A stretch of DNA of 64,000 nt, from the NCBI GenBank assembly GCA_963787125.1, contig CAWBBV010000002.1, forward strand, positions 32,001 to 96,000, in the 5' to 3' direction. The notes beneath the pieces were generated by a model. The model was not told the origin of the DNA, searched no databases, and saw only the letters and a program-made list of their open reading frames with translations. The position numbers and the translations under genes were made by a program. Of the stretch, positions 29,941 to 40,245 are shown one piece after another (position 1 is the first letter of the stretch; every line of letters begins with the position of its first letter). The stretch is from an uncultured delta proteobacterium (lineage in GTDB: Bacteria > Desulfobacterota > Desulfuromonadia > Geobacterales > DSM-12255).

Positions 29941-31107
29941 ATGCTGGCACAGAGACTGAAACAGTTACGTCTTGCCCGTGGCTGGTCGCTCGATGAACTT
30001 TCGGATTTTCTCGGCGGACTGGTAACGAAACAGGCGCTGTCTAAATACGAAAAAGGGCTTTCCCAGCCTTCCATGAAAGTGGTGGTAAAGATCGCCGAAA
30101 TCTTCAGCGTCAAGACGGCGCATCTGTTTGCCGAACCGGAGGTTCAGGTGCAGCTGCTGGCCTACCGCAAGTGTGCCACCCTGCCGAAGCGTGATGAAAA
30201 CATGGTCGAGGGGTTGGTGTCGCAGGCACTTGAGGAGCGGATTGCCTTGCAGGAAAAGGTCGGCGAACCATTCCCGCTGAATCTGCCTGCTCAAAAATAC
30301 TCGGTAGCATCTCTGGATGATGCCGAAAAGGCAGCTGAAGAGCTGCGCAAATTCTGGAACATCGGCAGTAGCCCTGTTGCCAGTGTTGTCGGTTTACTGG
30401 AAAGCCAGTTCATCCATGTGTTCAGCATTGCGACGGCGAGCGAGAAATTTGACGGAATTTCTGCTCTGGCTACTAATGACAATGGCAAAGTGATAGCCGC
30501 TGCCGTTGTAACGCGCGAGGGAGTTCCCGGTGAGCGGCAGCGCTTCAGTCTGCTGCATGAGGTCGGGCATCTGGTGCTTGAAGTTAGCGACGGCGTTGAC
30601 GAAGAAAAGGCTGCCCACCGGTTTGCCGGCGCTTTCCTTGCTCCTGCCGAGCTGTTGAGGCTGGAAATAGGCGCCCACCGTACTACGGTGCAGCTAAAAG
30701 AGCTTTTCATGCTAAAACGCAGCTTCGGGGTCAGCGCTCAGGCTCTGGCCTTCCGCCTGCGCGATCTCGGCATAATCAACGATTCAAGCTACAAGTGGCT
30801 TTGCATCCAGTTCAACCATAACCGGATGCGCAAGAACGAACCGGAACCGCTCCCGCAGGAAGAACCACAATGGCTGAGAAGAACAGTACTAAGGGCCTTC
30901 TCCGAAGGATTTATTACTGCTGATGAAGCGAATCGCCTGACCGGAGAATCGTATGATTCAGCACATAAAGAGATCATCGACCGGCGCGCTTTCATGAAGC
31001 TTTCAGCAGTAGAGCGGAGCAAAGTGCTGCAAGATCAGGCGGAACATTTGCAAGAGCACTATGGCAAGATGAAAGGGCTCGGCGGAGGTGACTTTCTTGA
31101 CTACTAA
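29941..31107 (+). CDS. XRE HTH + ImmA/IrrE (M78) metallopeptidase with C-terminal extension
   Basis: RLKQLRLARGWSLDEL..KQALSKYE; RQRFSLLHEVGH; EKAAHRFAGAFL. Confidence 0.9.
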   Translation: MLAQRLKQLRLARGWSLDELSDFLGGLVTKQALSKYEKGLSQPSMKVVVKIAEIFSVKTAHLFAEPEVQVQLLAYRKCATLPKRDENMVEGLVSQALEERIALQEKVGEPFPLNLPAQKYSVASLDDAEKAAEELRKFWNIGSSPVASVVGLLESQFIHVFSIATASEKFDGISALATNDNGKVIAAAVVTREGVPGERQRFSLLHEVGHLVLEVSDGVDEEKAAHRFAGAFLAPAELLRLEIGAHRTTVQLKELFMLKRSFGVSAQALAFRLRDLGIINDSSYKWLCIQFNHNRMRKNEPEPLPQEEPQWLRRTVLRAFSEGFITADEANRLTGESYDSAHKEIIDRRAFMKLSAVERSKVLQDQAEHLQEHYGKMKGLGGGDFLDY

Positions 31108-31456
31108 ACCAAGCCCGAAACGTGGTGAAATCTGGCAGATTGACCTTGATCCTACGGTTGGCGTCGAGATACAGAAGGTACGCCCCGTGGTGGTCATAAG
31201 CAGCGATGCAGCCGGAAGACTACCAATCAAGCTGATTGCACCTATAACTGGTTGGGACAACCGCTATAGTGGTAACTTTTGGCACGTAAAGATCAGTCCC
31301 AATGCTGCGAATGGATTATCTAAAGCATCTGCTGTAGATGTACTGCAGTCAAGGGGTGTTGATCTCTCTCGTTTTGTTAAAAGACTCGGCAGACTTGATG
31401 CGGCTCTAATGGAAGAGATAGCTGCTGCGATGGCTGCATTGGTCGAGCATGTTTAG
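31088..31456 (+). CDS. PemK/MazF-family toxin (start may be TTG 31097)
   Basis: PKRGEIWQIDLDPTVGVEIQKVRPVVVIS, IAPIT, NGLSKAS. Confidence 0.92.
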   Translation: MTFLTTKPSPKRGEIWQIDLDPTVGVEIQKVRPVVVISSDAAGRLPIKLIAPITGWDNRYSGNFWHVKISPNAANGLSKASAVDVLQSRGVDLSRFVKRLGRLDAALMEEIAAAMAALVEHV

Positions 31457-31518
31457 CGACAACTAGCGGAGATGTATGCCTGTCATAAAAGACAAAAGCT
31501 CCATGCCATGAACGCGTG

Positions 31519-31555
31519 GCAGGTTGAAGAGGCTATCAAGGAGTCAAAGGGATGA
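31519..31555 (+). pseudogene. Possible 3' remnant of hicA
   Basis: QVEEAIKESKG* whose TGA overlaps the hicB ATG. Confidence 0.4.
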
Positions 31556-31893
31556 AACCTACCGATCGTTATCTCAAAATAGTCGAATGGTCTGAAGAAG
31601 ATAGCTGCTACATTGGAACCTGCCCCGGAGTTATTTACGGCGGGGTGCATGGAGATGATGAGGCGAAGGTTTATGTAGCACTTTGCAGTGCGGTTGCCGA
31701 GGCGGTAGAGTTGTACAGTGCCGACAACAGGCCGCTGCCGCCGGAGACAGCTAACAAGCAGTTTTCAGGTCGCTTTATTCTGCGGATAGGAAAAGATCTG
31801 CATCGCCAGATTGCCATAAAAGCACTCCGCTCCGGCGAGAGCCTGAACAACTACTGCCAGAAGATTCTCCAGCAAGCGGTTACGGTGAAATGA
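31552..31893 (+). CDS. hicB: HicB-family antitoxin
   Basis: YLKIVEWSEEDSCYIGTCP...HGDD; FSGRFILRI..LHRQIA..ESLN. Confidence 0.85.
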   Translation: MKPTDRYLKIVEWSEEDSCYIGTCPGVIYGGVHGDDEAKVYVALCSAVAEAVELYSADNRPLPPETANKQFSGRFILRIGKDLHRQIAIKALRSGESLNNYCQKILQQAVTVK

Positions 31894-31970
31894 TTTGGAG
31901 TTATCAGCCACGAAGATCTGCTGAAAAGGTTTGCCGCTGAGGATGAAGCGTTACCTGGAGGGTGTTTTAG

Positions 31971-32870
31971 TTACTGACTGCTAAACTGCTGGCTTTTGGC
32001 CACCAGGAAATAGACTATGCCGAGAATCAGCAGGGTTCCGGCCAGAAAAATCTGGGTATCAAGAGCGTCGTGGCGCAGGGTCGAGATGAGTATTTCCCGG
32101 ATCAGGGCGACAATGATAACGCCAATGAACACCAGAATATTAAACTTGCCACCTTTGAGAGTTTTGATCTCGTTATCCATTAGTTCGATCATCATCCAGA
32201 TAATCAGCAGCGTGCCGAGGGCACCGAGAATCCCTTTTTCCATATCCCCGTGAAAAATATGGCTGATGTCCCAGATAAAAAGCCCGACGACGCCCAAAGA
32301 GACGCCAGCAAGAGCGAGGACCAGCACCAGATTGAGGCCGTAGGTAAACCGTTCGGTCGCATGGATCAGCTTGGATTCGAGCCGGTGGGAAAGAAAAACC
32401 TTATTCAGCTCCTCTTGTTGGAAGGAAGTGCTCATGATATCCAGGTTGATATCAATGATTTTTTCGACAGCGTTGCGGAATTTACGCCGCTTGGATACGT
32501 CCGGAAAGTTTTCCTGAAGGACTTCGATGAGAAAGTGGCGGATCACGTTCATGGCCGCGTTGACAAAGTGGGCATTGAGGCCGATCCGGACATGAGCCTG
32601 ACCGATCCGCTGGAGGGTATGGTGGTAAAGGTTGTCATAGGTGCCGGAGAAGAGGTTGACAAACCACTCCTGATGAGTGTTCCTGAGCCGATTGCGGAGT
32701 TGGTCGTCTTTGAGAAAAGCTGCTGTTTCCGGAATGCCGAGCAGATAGTCGTAGAATTCATCGGCCATCCGCTCTTTTGACGCCTCAGCCAGAGGATGCA
32801 GCGACTTCAGCAACTCAGCATCCGCCTCCGTGAAAAAATAGTGGCTTTTGATTTCAGTGATAGTGACCAT
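31971..32870 (-). CDS. Globin-coupled sensor (protoglobin-like domain + PsiE-like TM domain)
   Basis: FYDYL, RIGQAHVRIGL globin motif, four C-terminal TM helices with IVALIREIL. Confidence 0.85.
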   Translation of the reverse strand: MVTITEIKSHYFFTEADAELLKSLHPLAEASKERMADEFYDYLLGIPETAAFLKDDQLRNRLRNTHQEWFVNLFSGTYDNLYHHTLQRIGQAHVRIGLNAHFVNAAMNVIRHFLIEVLQENFPDVSKRRKFRNAVEKIIDINLDIMSTSFQQEELNKVFLSHRLESKLIHATERFTYGLNLVLVLALAGVSLGVVGLFIWDISHIFHGDMEKGILGALGTLLIIWMMIELMDNEIKTLKGGKFNILVFIGVIIVALIREILISTLRHDALDTQIFLAGTLLILGIVYFLVAKSQQFSSQ

Positions 32871-32875
32871 AGCAG

Positions 32876-33538
32876 CTAGCCTTTACCCATCTGCAGCAAA
32901 CATTCGTCACCGCTCACCGAATCAAGCCGGTTCAGCCGCTCGCTGTCGCGCAGTTCAAAATAGTCGCCAGGTGTATTGATATTGATGAAGGAGACAAAGG
33001 CCGGGTCGAAAAAAGCCACCTGCTCCTGGTTCATCCGGCTGACATTGGTCCGGTCGAAAAACGAGACAATCCGCCGTTGCCCGCTTAAAAGCGTAGCCTC
33101 AATAGCAGCCAGGCACCCCTTGCCATAAACGGCATGGAGCGGTTCAAGCCCACCGGGACTCTCGGGAATCAGAACACCGCCGGCATCGGCGCGACTGGCA
33201 AGATGACGAATCAGATCATCCACCAGATACGGCATGTCACAGGCAACAGCAAAGATAGCAGGACTATTGCTGTGATAAAGCCCGGAATGAATCCCGGCCA
33301 GTACCCCCATCCCTGCGTGCAGGTCAGGCACCTTGCGACAGGGGAGAAATTCGTACTGCTCCGGGTTGTTGGTGACCATGATGACTTCGGCAAAAATCTC
33401 TGCCAGTTGACGATGGATCGCTTCGACGAAACGCCCCCCCCGATACGGCAGCAGCGCCTTGTTGCTCCCCATGCGGGTCGACTTCCCCCCTGCCAGGATA
33501 ACCCCGGTAACTCCGGTAATGCGCATATCAGACTCCAT
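32876..33538 (-). CDS. mobA: Molybdenum cofactor guanylyltransferase
   Basis: ILAGGKSTRMGSNKA, ACDMP, EPLHAVY, NINTP. Confidence 0.92.
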   Translation of the reverse strand: MESDMRITGVTGVILAGGKSTRMGSNKALLPYRGGRFVEAIHRQLAEIFAEVIMVTNNPEQYEFLPCRKVPDLHAGMGVLAGIHSGLYHSNSPAIFAVACDMPYLVDDLIRHLASRADAGGVLIPESPGGLEPLHAVYGKGCLAAIEATLLSGQRRIVSFFDRTNVSRMNQEQVAFFDPAFVSFININTPGDYFELRDSERLNRLDSVSGDECLLQMGKG

Positions 33539-33549
33539 AAATAATAACG

Positions 33550-34185
33550 CTAACGTGTAATGGTTTTCTGCCCCGGTTTCCAGTTGAGCGGGCAGAGACC
33601 GGCACTCTGAAGCCCTTCCAGCACTCTCAGCACCTCTTCAACACTGCGGCCGACAGAAAGATTATGGACCACCTGATACTGGACGACCCCTTCCGGATCT
33701 ACGATAAAAAGACCACGCAAGGCAACCCCTTCCTTGTTGTCCAGAACACCGTAACGTTGGGCCATCTCTTTTTTAATGTCAGAAAACAGCGGATATTTCA
33801 GATCGCCCAAATCACCCCGTTTGAGCCAGGCCAGATGGGCAAATTTGCCGTCCACCGAGCCACCAAGGACGGCAGCATTCAATTTGGTGAACCGTTCCAG
33901 CTCCTTGTTAAAGCCGGTAATTTCAGTCGGACAGATAAAAGAAAAATCAGCCGGATAAAAAAACAGCACCAGCCATTTGCCCCGGTAATCATCCAGACTG
34001 ACTGTTTTGACCGTCGCTCCGTCAATAGCCTCTACCTTGAAAGGTGGGGCGGGTTCCCCCACTTTGGCAAAGGACCTGGCGGATGCGGGGGCAGTGTCAT
34101 CGGCCCGGCTGGTGTCAATACAGCCGAATATGAGCACCACCAGGAACCATGTTAAAGTAAATGGCAGTTTACTGTACCCTTTCAT
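33550..34185 (-). CDS. AhpC-type 2-Cys peroxiredoxin with signal-like N-terminus
   Basis: FFYPADFSFICPTE, RGLFIVDP, GRSVEE, LCPLNW. Confidence 0.9.
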   Translation of the reverse strand: MKGYSKLPFTLTWFLVVLIFGCIDTSRADDTAPASARSFAKVGEPAPPFKVEAIDGATVKTVSLDDYRGKWLVLFFYPADFSFICPTEITGFNKELERFTKLNAAVLGGSVDGKFAHLAWLKRGDLGDLKYPLFSDIKKEMAQRYGVLDNKEGVALRGLFIVDPEGVVQYQVVHNLSVGRSVEEVLRVLEGLQSAGLCPLNWKPGQKTITR

Positions 34186-34210
34186 AGTCTGCACCCCTTC
34201 ATTTGAAACG

Positions 34211-34600
34211 CTATTTAGTGCTACCGGCGCGTACTTTTGCCACCGCGATTTCAAACTGTTCAGCCGTAAAACCTTTCAGGATCTCCTGATCCTTGCCGAT
34301 AATAACTACCGGCACCCCATAGGTTTTGTATTTCTGCACCAGCTCCTCCATGGCCGCCGGTTCCAGCTCCACATCCCTGTTGATGAACGGGATGTTTCTG
34401 GAAGTCAGGTATTCTTTCAGCTCGCGGCAATGGGGACACCAGGAGACCGTATAGATGACAATCCTGGGATAGGTTGATTTTTTGGGTGCTGCCGGGTTGA
34501 GTATGGTCTGAGCATGTGGAGCGGCGGCAGCCCGGTAAGGTGCGACGAAAACGACCACCAGAGCAGACACGATAAGCAGTGCTAGTTTTACCAGGTACAT
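34211..34600 (-). CDS. Exported glutaredoxin-like protein
   Basis: Signal peptide, YTVSWCPHC, GVPV. Confidence 0.88.
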   Translation of the reverse strand: MYLVKLALLIVSALVVVFVAPYRAAAAPHAQTILNPAAPKKSTYPRIVIYTVSWCPHCRELKEYLTSRNIPFINRDVELEPAAMEELVQKYKTYGVPVVIIGKDQEILKGFTAEQFEIAVAKVRAGSTK

Positions 34601-34623
34601 AAAGCAAACTCCTTGCGCCGACG

Positions 34624-35466
34624 TTACTTTCCCCGTTCAAAACCCTCACGCGAGGCAAGCAGATCGAGATGAATGGTCAGCAGATCCTCTATTTCAAGCG
34701 GCACATCGCTTCCCCCTTTGCGGGAATCACGGGTCTTGATATAGCGACTGCACCCCTTGCAGCTGTCCACGCGGATAGCCCCCCCTTCGGCAGTAAAGTA
34801 GGAGAGTTTTTCCACATCTTCGGTAGCGCAGTACGGGCACTTGAGCCGTTTGAACTGCCAACGGGTGTTACAGGTGGCACAACAGAGGTGACGTCGCCCC
34901 TCTTCACCGACCAGTTCGGCCATCCCGGCCCGCGAACCGCAAAAAGGACAGTTCCCACCCTCCCAGTTGTCATAGCTGCCTGCTGCGATGCTGGCGGCCG
35001 CCAGCTCAAGAGCCGTGCGGAGCGGAATTTCAAACAGATACTCGATCAAGGGGGGCGGGACATCGGCAGTAGCGGCAGCCTCGTCCAGCGCCGGCCTTCG
35101 GCGCTCCAGAATAGCCGCAAACAGCGCCCCTGGATCAAGCAAACCACCCTCCAATGACGCACCGATACGGGCCAGCTCCGGCTGCCCCTCCCGACCGGCG
35201 GCGGTCAGCACCTGGATAATCCCGGCCATAAATGCAACGGTCTGCTCCCGGTCAACAGCCAGATTCAGGGCTGAGACAAGGGGAAAACCATTACTGATTT
35301 TTACGGCAGGAGCGACTTCATCGAACTTGATCGTGATCCCTGTTTTATCTTCACGGCCGGAGATATATTCATACAGCCCGGCAAAGAGCGGGACAATCTC
35401 GGCATATTCCGGAGAATTTGCGGCAGCAGCCCGCAGAGCGGTCAGTTTGTCGGCAGTACTGGTCAT
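34624..35466 (-). CDS. fdhE: Formate dehydrogenase accessory protein FdhE
   Basis: CPFCGS, CATC, CPYC, CKGC..YIK. Confidence 0.92.
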   Translation of the reverse strand: MTSTADKLTALRAAAANSPEYAEIVPLFAGLYEYISGREDKTGITIKFDEVAPAVKISNGFPLVSALNLAVDREQTVAFMAGIIQVLTAAGREGQPELARIGASLEGGLLDPGALFAAILERRRPALDEAAATADVPPPLIEYLFEIPLRTALELAAASIAAGSYDNWEGGNCPFCGSRAGMAELVGEEGRRHLCCATCNTRWQFKRLKCPYCATEDVEKLSYFTAEGGAIRVDSCKGCSRYIKTRDSRKGGSDVPLEIEDLLTIHLDLLASREGFERGK

Positions 35467-35528
35467 TTTTTTCTCCGTTATAAGGGGATTAGGCTATAAG
35501 GCTGAAGAGCAAAAGAAAACATCAAGGG

Positions 35529-35637
35529 CAATAGAACACGGATCAAATCTGATTGAACGGATTCCCACGGATTAAACAAGAAATAAGGTTTTAGATCTGC
35601 GTAAATCCGTTAAATCCGCGTCATCCGTGTTCTATTG
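35529..35637. repeat. Palindromic repeat family A, copy 4
   Basis: CAATAGAACACGGAT...ATCCGTGTTCTATTG, perfect 15-bp IR. Confidence 0.9.
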
Positions 35638-35666
35638 CAGTTGAAGTTCTAAAGTTAAATACTCCC

Positions 35667-36278
35667 TTACTCTCCGGAAACTTCCTTATACCATTTCGGA
35701 TGATGCTTTTTGGCCCAGCGTTTGCCCACATCACCATAAAGCATCGCCTCGATGGTGCCCGGATTGCCGATGGTCGCCAGATAAACATGCACAACGACAA
35801 ACATGATCGAGCCGACAAACATCAGCCCATGAAGCATCAGCGACAGCTGGACAATCCAGCGGGGAAAGCTGGTCGGCATCCAGATGAAGACGCCGGTAAC
35901 GCCGAGAATCAGGGTCGCCAAGCCGATGAAGATGGCAAAGATCTTCTGCCCCGGATTGTATTTGCCGATATTGAAGTGAGACTCGCTGCGTGAGAGGTAA
36001 CCACCTTGTGTCTTGAACCACTCCTTGTCGTCTTCGTCAAAAGTTGAAATGTCCTTCTTGTGATTTAGGTACATGTAGATGGAGGAGAAGAAAAACAGCA
36101 CCCCGGCAACTTTATGCACCAGGATAGCGTTGACCCCACCGCCGAACAGATTAAAATAACCGTTGAAGAGCCGCGAATAGAGCCCAAGCCCGGACAGCAG
36201 CAGGGTAAAGAAGCTGACAGTAACTATCCAGTGAAGAACACGCTCGCTGGTTTTGAATCTTTCGATGCTGTTACTCAT
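35667..36278 (-). CDS. fdnI: Formate dehydrogenase cytochrome b subunit
   Basis: ERVLHW, VHK, KYNPGQK, LHG..HVYL, WAKKHHPKW. Confidence 0.93.
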   Translation of the reverse strand: MSNSIERFKTSERVLHWIVTVSFFTLLLSGLGLYSRLFNGYFNLFGGGVNAILVHKVAGVLFFFSSIYMYLNHKKDISTFDEDDKEWFKTQGGYLSRSESHFNIGKYNPGQKIFAIFIGLATLILGVTGVFIWMPTSFPRWIVQLSLMLHGLMFVGSIMFVVVHVYLATIGNPGTIEAMLYGDVGKRWAKKHHPKWYKEVSGE

Positions 36279-37062
36279 GGTCGCCCCCCTTGCCATCTTC
36301 CTCATGCTCAATCTTTTTAGGCCCGATCGTCACGTAATGCAGCAGCATTGCCCCGATACTCCCCCAGAAACCGAGGATGCCGAGCGGCTTAATCACATCC
36401 TTCCAAAGGAAAATAGAGAACGGGATGCTGGGGCTGGCAGGAAGACCGTACTGCTCCGGCGGACCTTCCAGTGCGTAGACCACCCCCAGACCATTGAGGT
36501 CATCGACGCCGTAAAGAGTTTTTTTAGCGGCGGTTGCCTTGGCAATCAGATCACTCCGCTTGCCATACTTGAGGGTCTCTGTCGGACAGGCCTTGGCGCA
36601 GGCCGGGATCATGCCGCCACCGATCCGGTCCAGACAAAGGTGGCATTTGCTGACCTTGTCATCGCTGTCGTAGCGCGGAATATTGAACGGACAGGCAGAG
36701 ACGCAGTACTTGCAGGAGATACACTTCTCCTTATTGTAAGCAACAATGCCGTCTTTGGTTCGATAAAGCGCCCCCGGCGAAGGGCAGACTTTCATACAAC
36801 CTGCCTCTCCGCAGTGCATGCAGCGCTCATTGAAAAAAAGCCAGGAGACCTCCCCCGAATTCTCTTTTTCAATAAATTTTATGCGGTTGTAAAGGGCCGG
36901 TGTCAGGTCACGGGGGTTTTCGAAGGTCCCCTTGTTGGCGGTTTTGTCGGCATCGAGTTTATTCCACTGCTTGCAGGCAACCTGACAGGAGCGGCAACCG
37001 ATGCAACGAGAGGTATCGACGAGAAAACCCTTACGGGCAGCTTGGTTGATGTTATCGGCCAT
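36271..37062 (-). CDS. fdnH: Formate dehydrogenase Fe-S subunit
   Basis: CIGCRSCQVACK, CMHC..CMKVCP, CISCKYCVSACP, KCHLC..PACAKACP; C-terminal TM. Confidence 0.93.
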   Translation of the reverse strand: MADNINQAARKGFLVDTSRCIGCRSCQVACKQWNKLDADKTANKGTFENPRDLTPALYNRIKFIEKENSGEVSWLFFNERCMHCGEAGCMKVCPSPGALYRTKDGIVAYNKEKCISCKYCVSACPFNIPRYDSDDKVSKCHLCLDRIGGGMIPACAKACPTETLKYGKRSDLIAKATAAKKTLYGVDDLNGLGVVYALEGPPEQYGLPASPSIPFSIFLWKDVIKPLGILGFWGSIGAMLLHYVTIGPKKIEHEEDGKGGDHE

Positions 37063-37065
37063 GAC

Positions 37066-40000
37066 TTACCCCTTTCTCGCGATCCCGACCATGAATGCCT
37101 TGGTTTCGGGAATCATCGTGTTGGCATCACCCGCAGTCGGGGTCAGCAGATTAGCGGAGTCGCCCACACCGGGGGTGTGCCAGCCAAAGCACCAGGGAAG
37201 ACCGATTTGATGGACAATCCGGTCGCCGATTTTGAACGGTTTTATCCGCGGAGTGACCATGGCAACGGCATCGATCTTGCCGCGGGCCGAGGAGACCTCA
37301 ATTATATCACCATTATTGATATTTTTCTCCTTGGCCAGTTCGACACTGAGCTCGCAGAACTGCCGCGGCTGCAACTCCAAAAGCCAAGGGGTGTTACGGG
37401 TCATGACCCCGGTCTGCCAGTGTTCTGTGACCCGGTAGGTGGTGGCCACAAGCGGAAAGCGCACATCACAGGAAGCAAGCACATCTTCTTTGATGTTGGC
37501 ATCGCTGAACACTTTGCTGGCCGGATTGGTCATCTGCTTGGAGAAGAAGTTTTCCGGCACTGGACACTCCACCGGCTCGTAATGCTCGGGGAAAGGTCCG
37601 TCTTTCAGGCCCGGGCCAAAAATGGCGGCAACGCCGTCAGCCCGCATGATGAAAGGTTTTCTCCCTTCTTTTTCGTCCGCCATCGGCGGCCAGGGGCCAT
37701 CCGGTACATCACCGACCCAGGCCCCCAGGGCTCCGGTCGGCAGGACAGCAGTCGGATTCCAGTAGACGACTGCTTTTTTAAGATTGTACGGCTTACCGGT
37801 CGGATCGCAGGAAGCGCGGTTGTAAATGATGCGGCGGTTGACCGGCCAGCACCAGGTCCACTCCGGGAACATCCCCAGGCCGGTCGGGTCCTTTTTGACC
37901 CGGCGGGCCATCATATTCCCCTTTTCGTTATAGCTCTGACTATAAATCCACGAACCGCAGGAGGTGGTGCCATCGGCCTGCAGCTGGGCAAAGCCGCCGG
38001 TCAGTTCACCTTTCTTGCCAAGCATCTTTTTCGGTGCCCAGGCTGGCGGTGGCGGCGGCGCTTTTTCGCCCGGTTTGAGCGGTTTCGGCTTCTCCTCCAC
38101 ATCTTCGAGGAAATAACCGTTGATCTCTTTGGCGACCGCATGGGTGTCAATGCTCTTGATGGTGCCGTCAGCCCTTTTGAAGCCGTAGTTCCAGGTAAGA
38201 TTCGTCAGCTGTTCCGGCAGTGCGCCCCCCTCCTTGGCGTAAAGCGCTTTAACTTTCTGGAACAGTTCATGAATAATTTCCGCGTCCGGCTTGCTCTGCC
38301 CCAGCGGCTTGACTGCGGCAGTGCGCCACTGGGCCCAGCGACCGGAGTTGGTGACGGATCCCTCTTTTTCAAAAGAGGCTGCGGCCGGGAGAAAGAACAC
38401 TTCGGTTTTTATCTTGGCGGAATCCACCCCCGGTCCTTTCCAGAAGGAAGCGGTTTCGTTGTCAAACAGGTTGGTTGTCACCATCCAGTCCAGTTTGGCA
38501 AGTGCCCCTCGCACCTTGTTGGAGTTGGAACCGGAACAGGCCGGATTCTGGCCCCAGGCAAAAAAGCCCTTGAACTTCCCTTTGATCATATTGTCAAAGA
38601 TCATCAGCCACGAACCGTTCATCCCCGGATCAAGCTTGGGCAGCCAGGCGTAACCGAAATCGTTCTCCTTGGTGGCTTTTGCCCCGTAAATAGCCTTCAG
38701 ATAGCTGATCAGGTACTTGTTGCGATTTCCCCACCAGTTGGCGCTCTGGGGATCTTTTGACTTGGGAGTATGCTTCTCAATGTAGGCCGCCGTATCCTTC
38801 AGCTCGGCCGACGGTACCGGCATGTAACCGGGGAGGATATGGAACAAAAGGCCGTGATCAGTGGATCCCTGAACATTGGATTCGCCGCGCAGGGCGTTGA
38901 TACCACCGCCAGCTATCCCCATATTGCCGAGGAGCAGCTGGATAATACACATGGCCCGGATGTTCTGGGTCCCGACCGTGTGCTGAGTCCACCCCATGGC
39001 ATACAGTTCGGTGCCGGCCTTGTCCGGTTTACCGGTTGATGCGTACAGTTTGTAAACCTCCAGCAGTTTTTCCTTCGGTGTGCCGGTAGTTTTTGAAACC
39101 AGTTCCGGGGTGTAACGGCTGTAATGCTTTTTCAGCAGTTGAAAGACACAATTTGGATCCTTCAGGGTCGGATCTTTCATGACGCTGTCATCGGCGTTTT
39201 TCTGAAAGGACCAGGATTTGACGTCATAACTCCGTTTTTTGGGATCGTAGCCGGAAAAGAGCCCGGCCAGTTCCCCCGGCAGCTTGAAATCGCCACTGAC
39301 CAGATAGGCCGAGTTGGTGTAGTCGCGCACGTACTGCTCGAAATGGAGATTGTTCTGGAGGATGTAGTTAATCATGCCGCCAAGAAAGGCTATGTCCGTG
39401 CCTGAACGCAATGGTGCGTACAGGTCGGCCTTGGCGGCGCTGCGAGTAAAACGGGGATCGACACAGATTACTTTTGCCCCGGCATCTTTGGCTTTCAGAA
39501 TCCAGCGAAAGGAAACCGGGTGGTTTTCAGCGGGGTTCGCCCCCATGATGAGGATTACATCGGAATTCTTGAAATCTATCCAGTGGTTCGTCATTGCACC
39601 GCGTCCGAACGACTCTGCCAGAGCCGCAACTGTTGCGCTGTGTCAAATGCGGGCCTGATGTTCAATATACACCAGGCCTAACCCCCTTAAGAATTTCTGG
39701 TACAGATAACACTCTTCATTATCCAGGGCGGCGCTACCGACCGAGGCCATCCCCATGGTGCGGTTGACCACAGCTTCGATCTCCTTCTCGACCTCAACAG
39801 TGCCGACCTTTTCCTTGATCTTGATCTTGCTGGTAGCCAGAAACGTGGTATCACGGGCCGTCTTGACCTTTTTGGCAATCTCGTCCAGCGCCCAGTCCCA
39901 GGTAACCTCCTGCCAGTCGCTGGCACCGGCGGGACGGTACATCGGCTTCGTAACACGGGCCTTGTTGTCGCGCAGTTGGTAGACGGAGGAGCCTTTCGGG

Positions 40001-40245
40001 CAGAGCGAACCCTCGTTGATCGGATGGTCCGGGTCGCCCTCGACGTTGATGATATTGCCACCCTGGGTGTGGACGATCATGCCGCAGCCGACCGAGCAGT
40101 AAGGGCAGATGGTGGTGCTCTCCTTGGCGTGCTGGATGGCAAGGCCTTCCGCCTTGGCCTCCAGCGGGGCAAGACTGAGGCCGAAGGTGGATACCGCTAT
40201 CCCCGCTCCTGAAAACTTCAAAAAATCTCTTCTTGATACTCCCAT
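37066..40245 (-). CDS. fdnG: Formate dehydrogenase-N alpha subunit, selenoprotein (Sec UGA at 39645-39643)
   Basis: Tat motif SRRDFLK, CPYCSVGCG; ORFs 39643-40251 and 37066-39594 are in frame across EHQARI-U-HSATVAALAESFGRGAMTNHW. Confidence 0.96.
39609..39645 (-). promoter_or_regulatory. Bacterial SECIS element of fdnG
   Basis: UGA-N16-CGGCTCT-GGC-AGAGTCG hairpin. Confidence 0.85.

Noticed and set aside
23264..31893. Prophage or ICE
   Set aside because: XRE, ImmA and TA genes are present, but no integrase, structural, replication or conjugation genes
36253..38760. 835-aa plus-strand ORF (and similar long ORFs 60161-62002, 24650-25813, 27155-28276, 49146-50156, 16180-17163)
   Set aside because: Antisense shadows of well-supported GC-rich genes; no recognisable motifs
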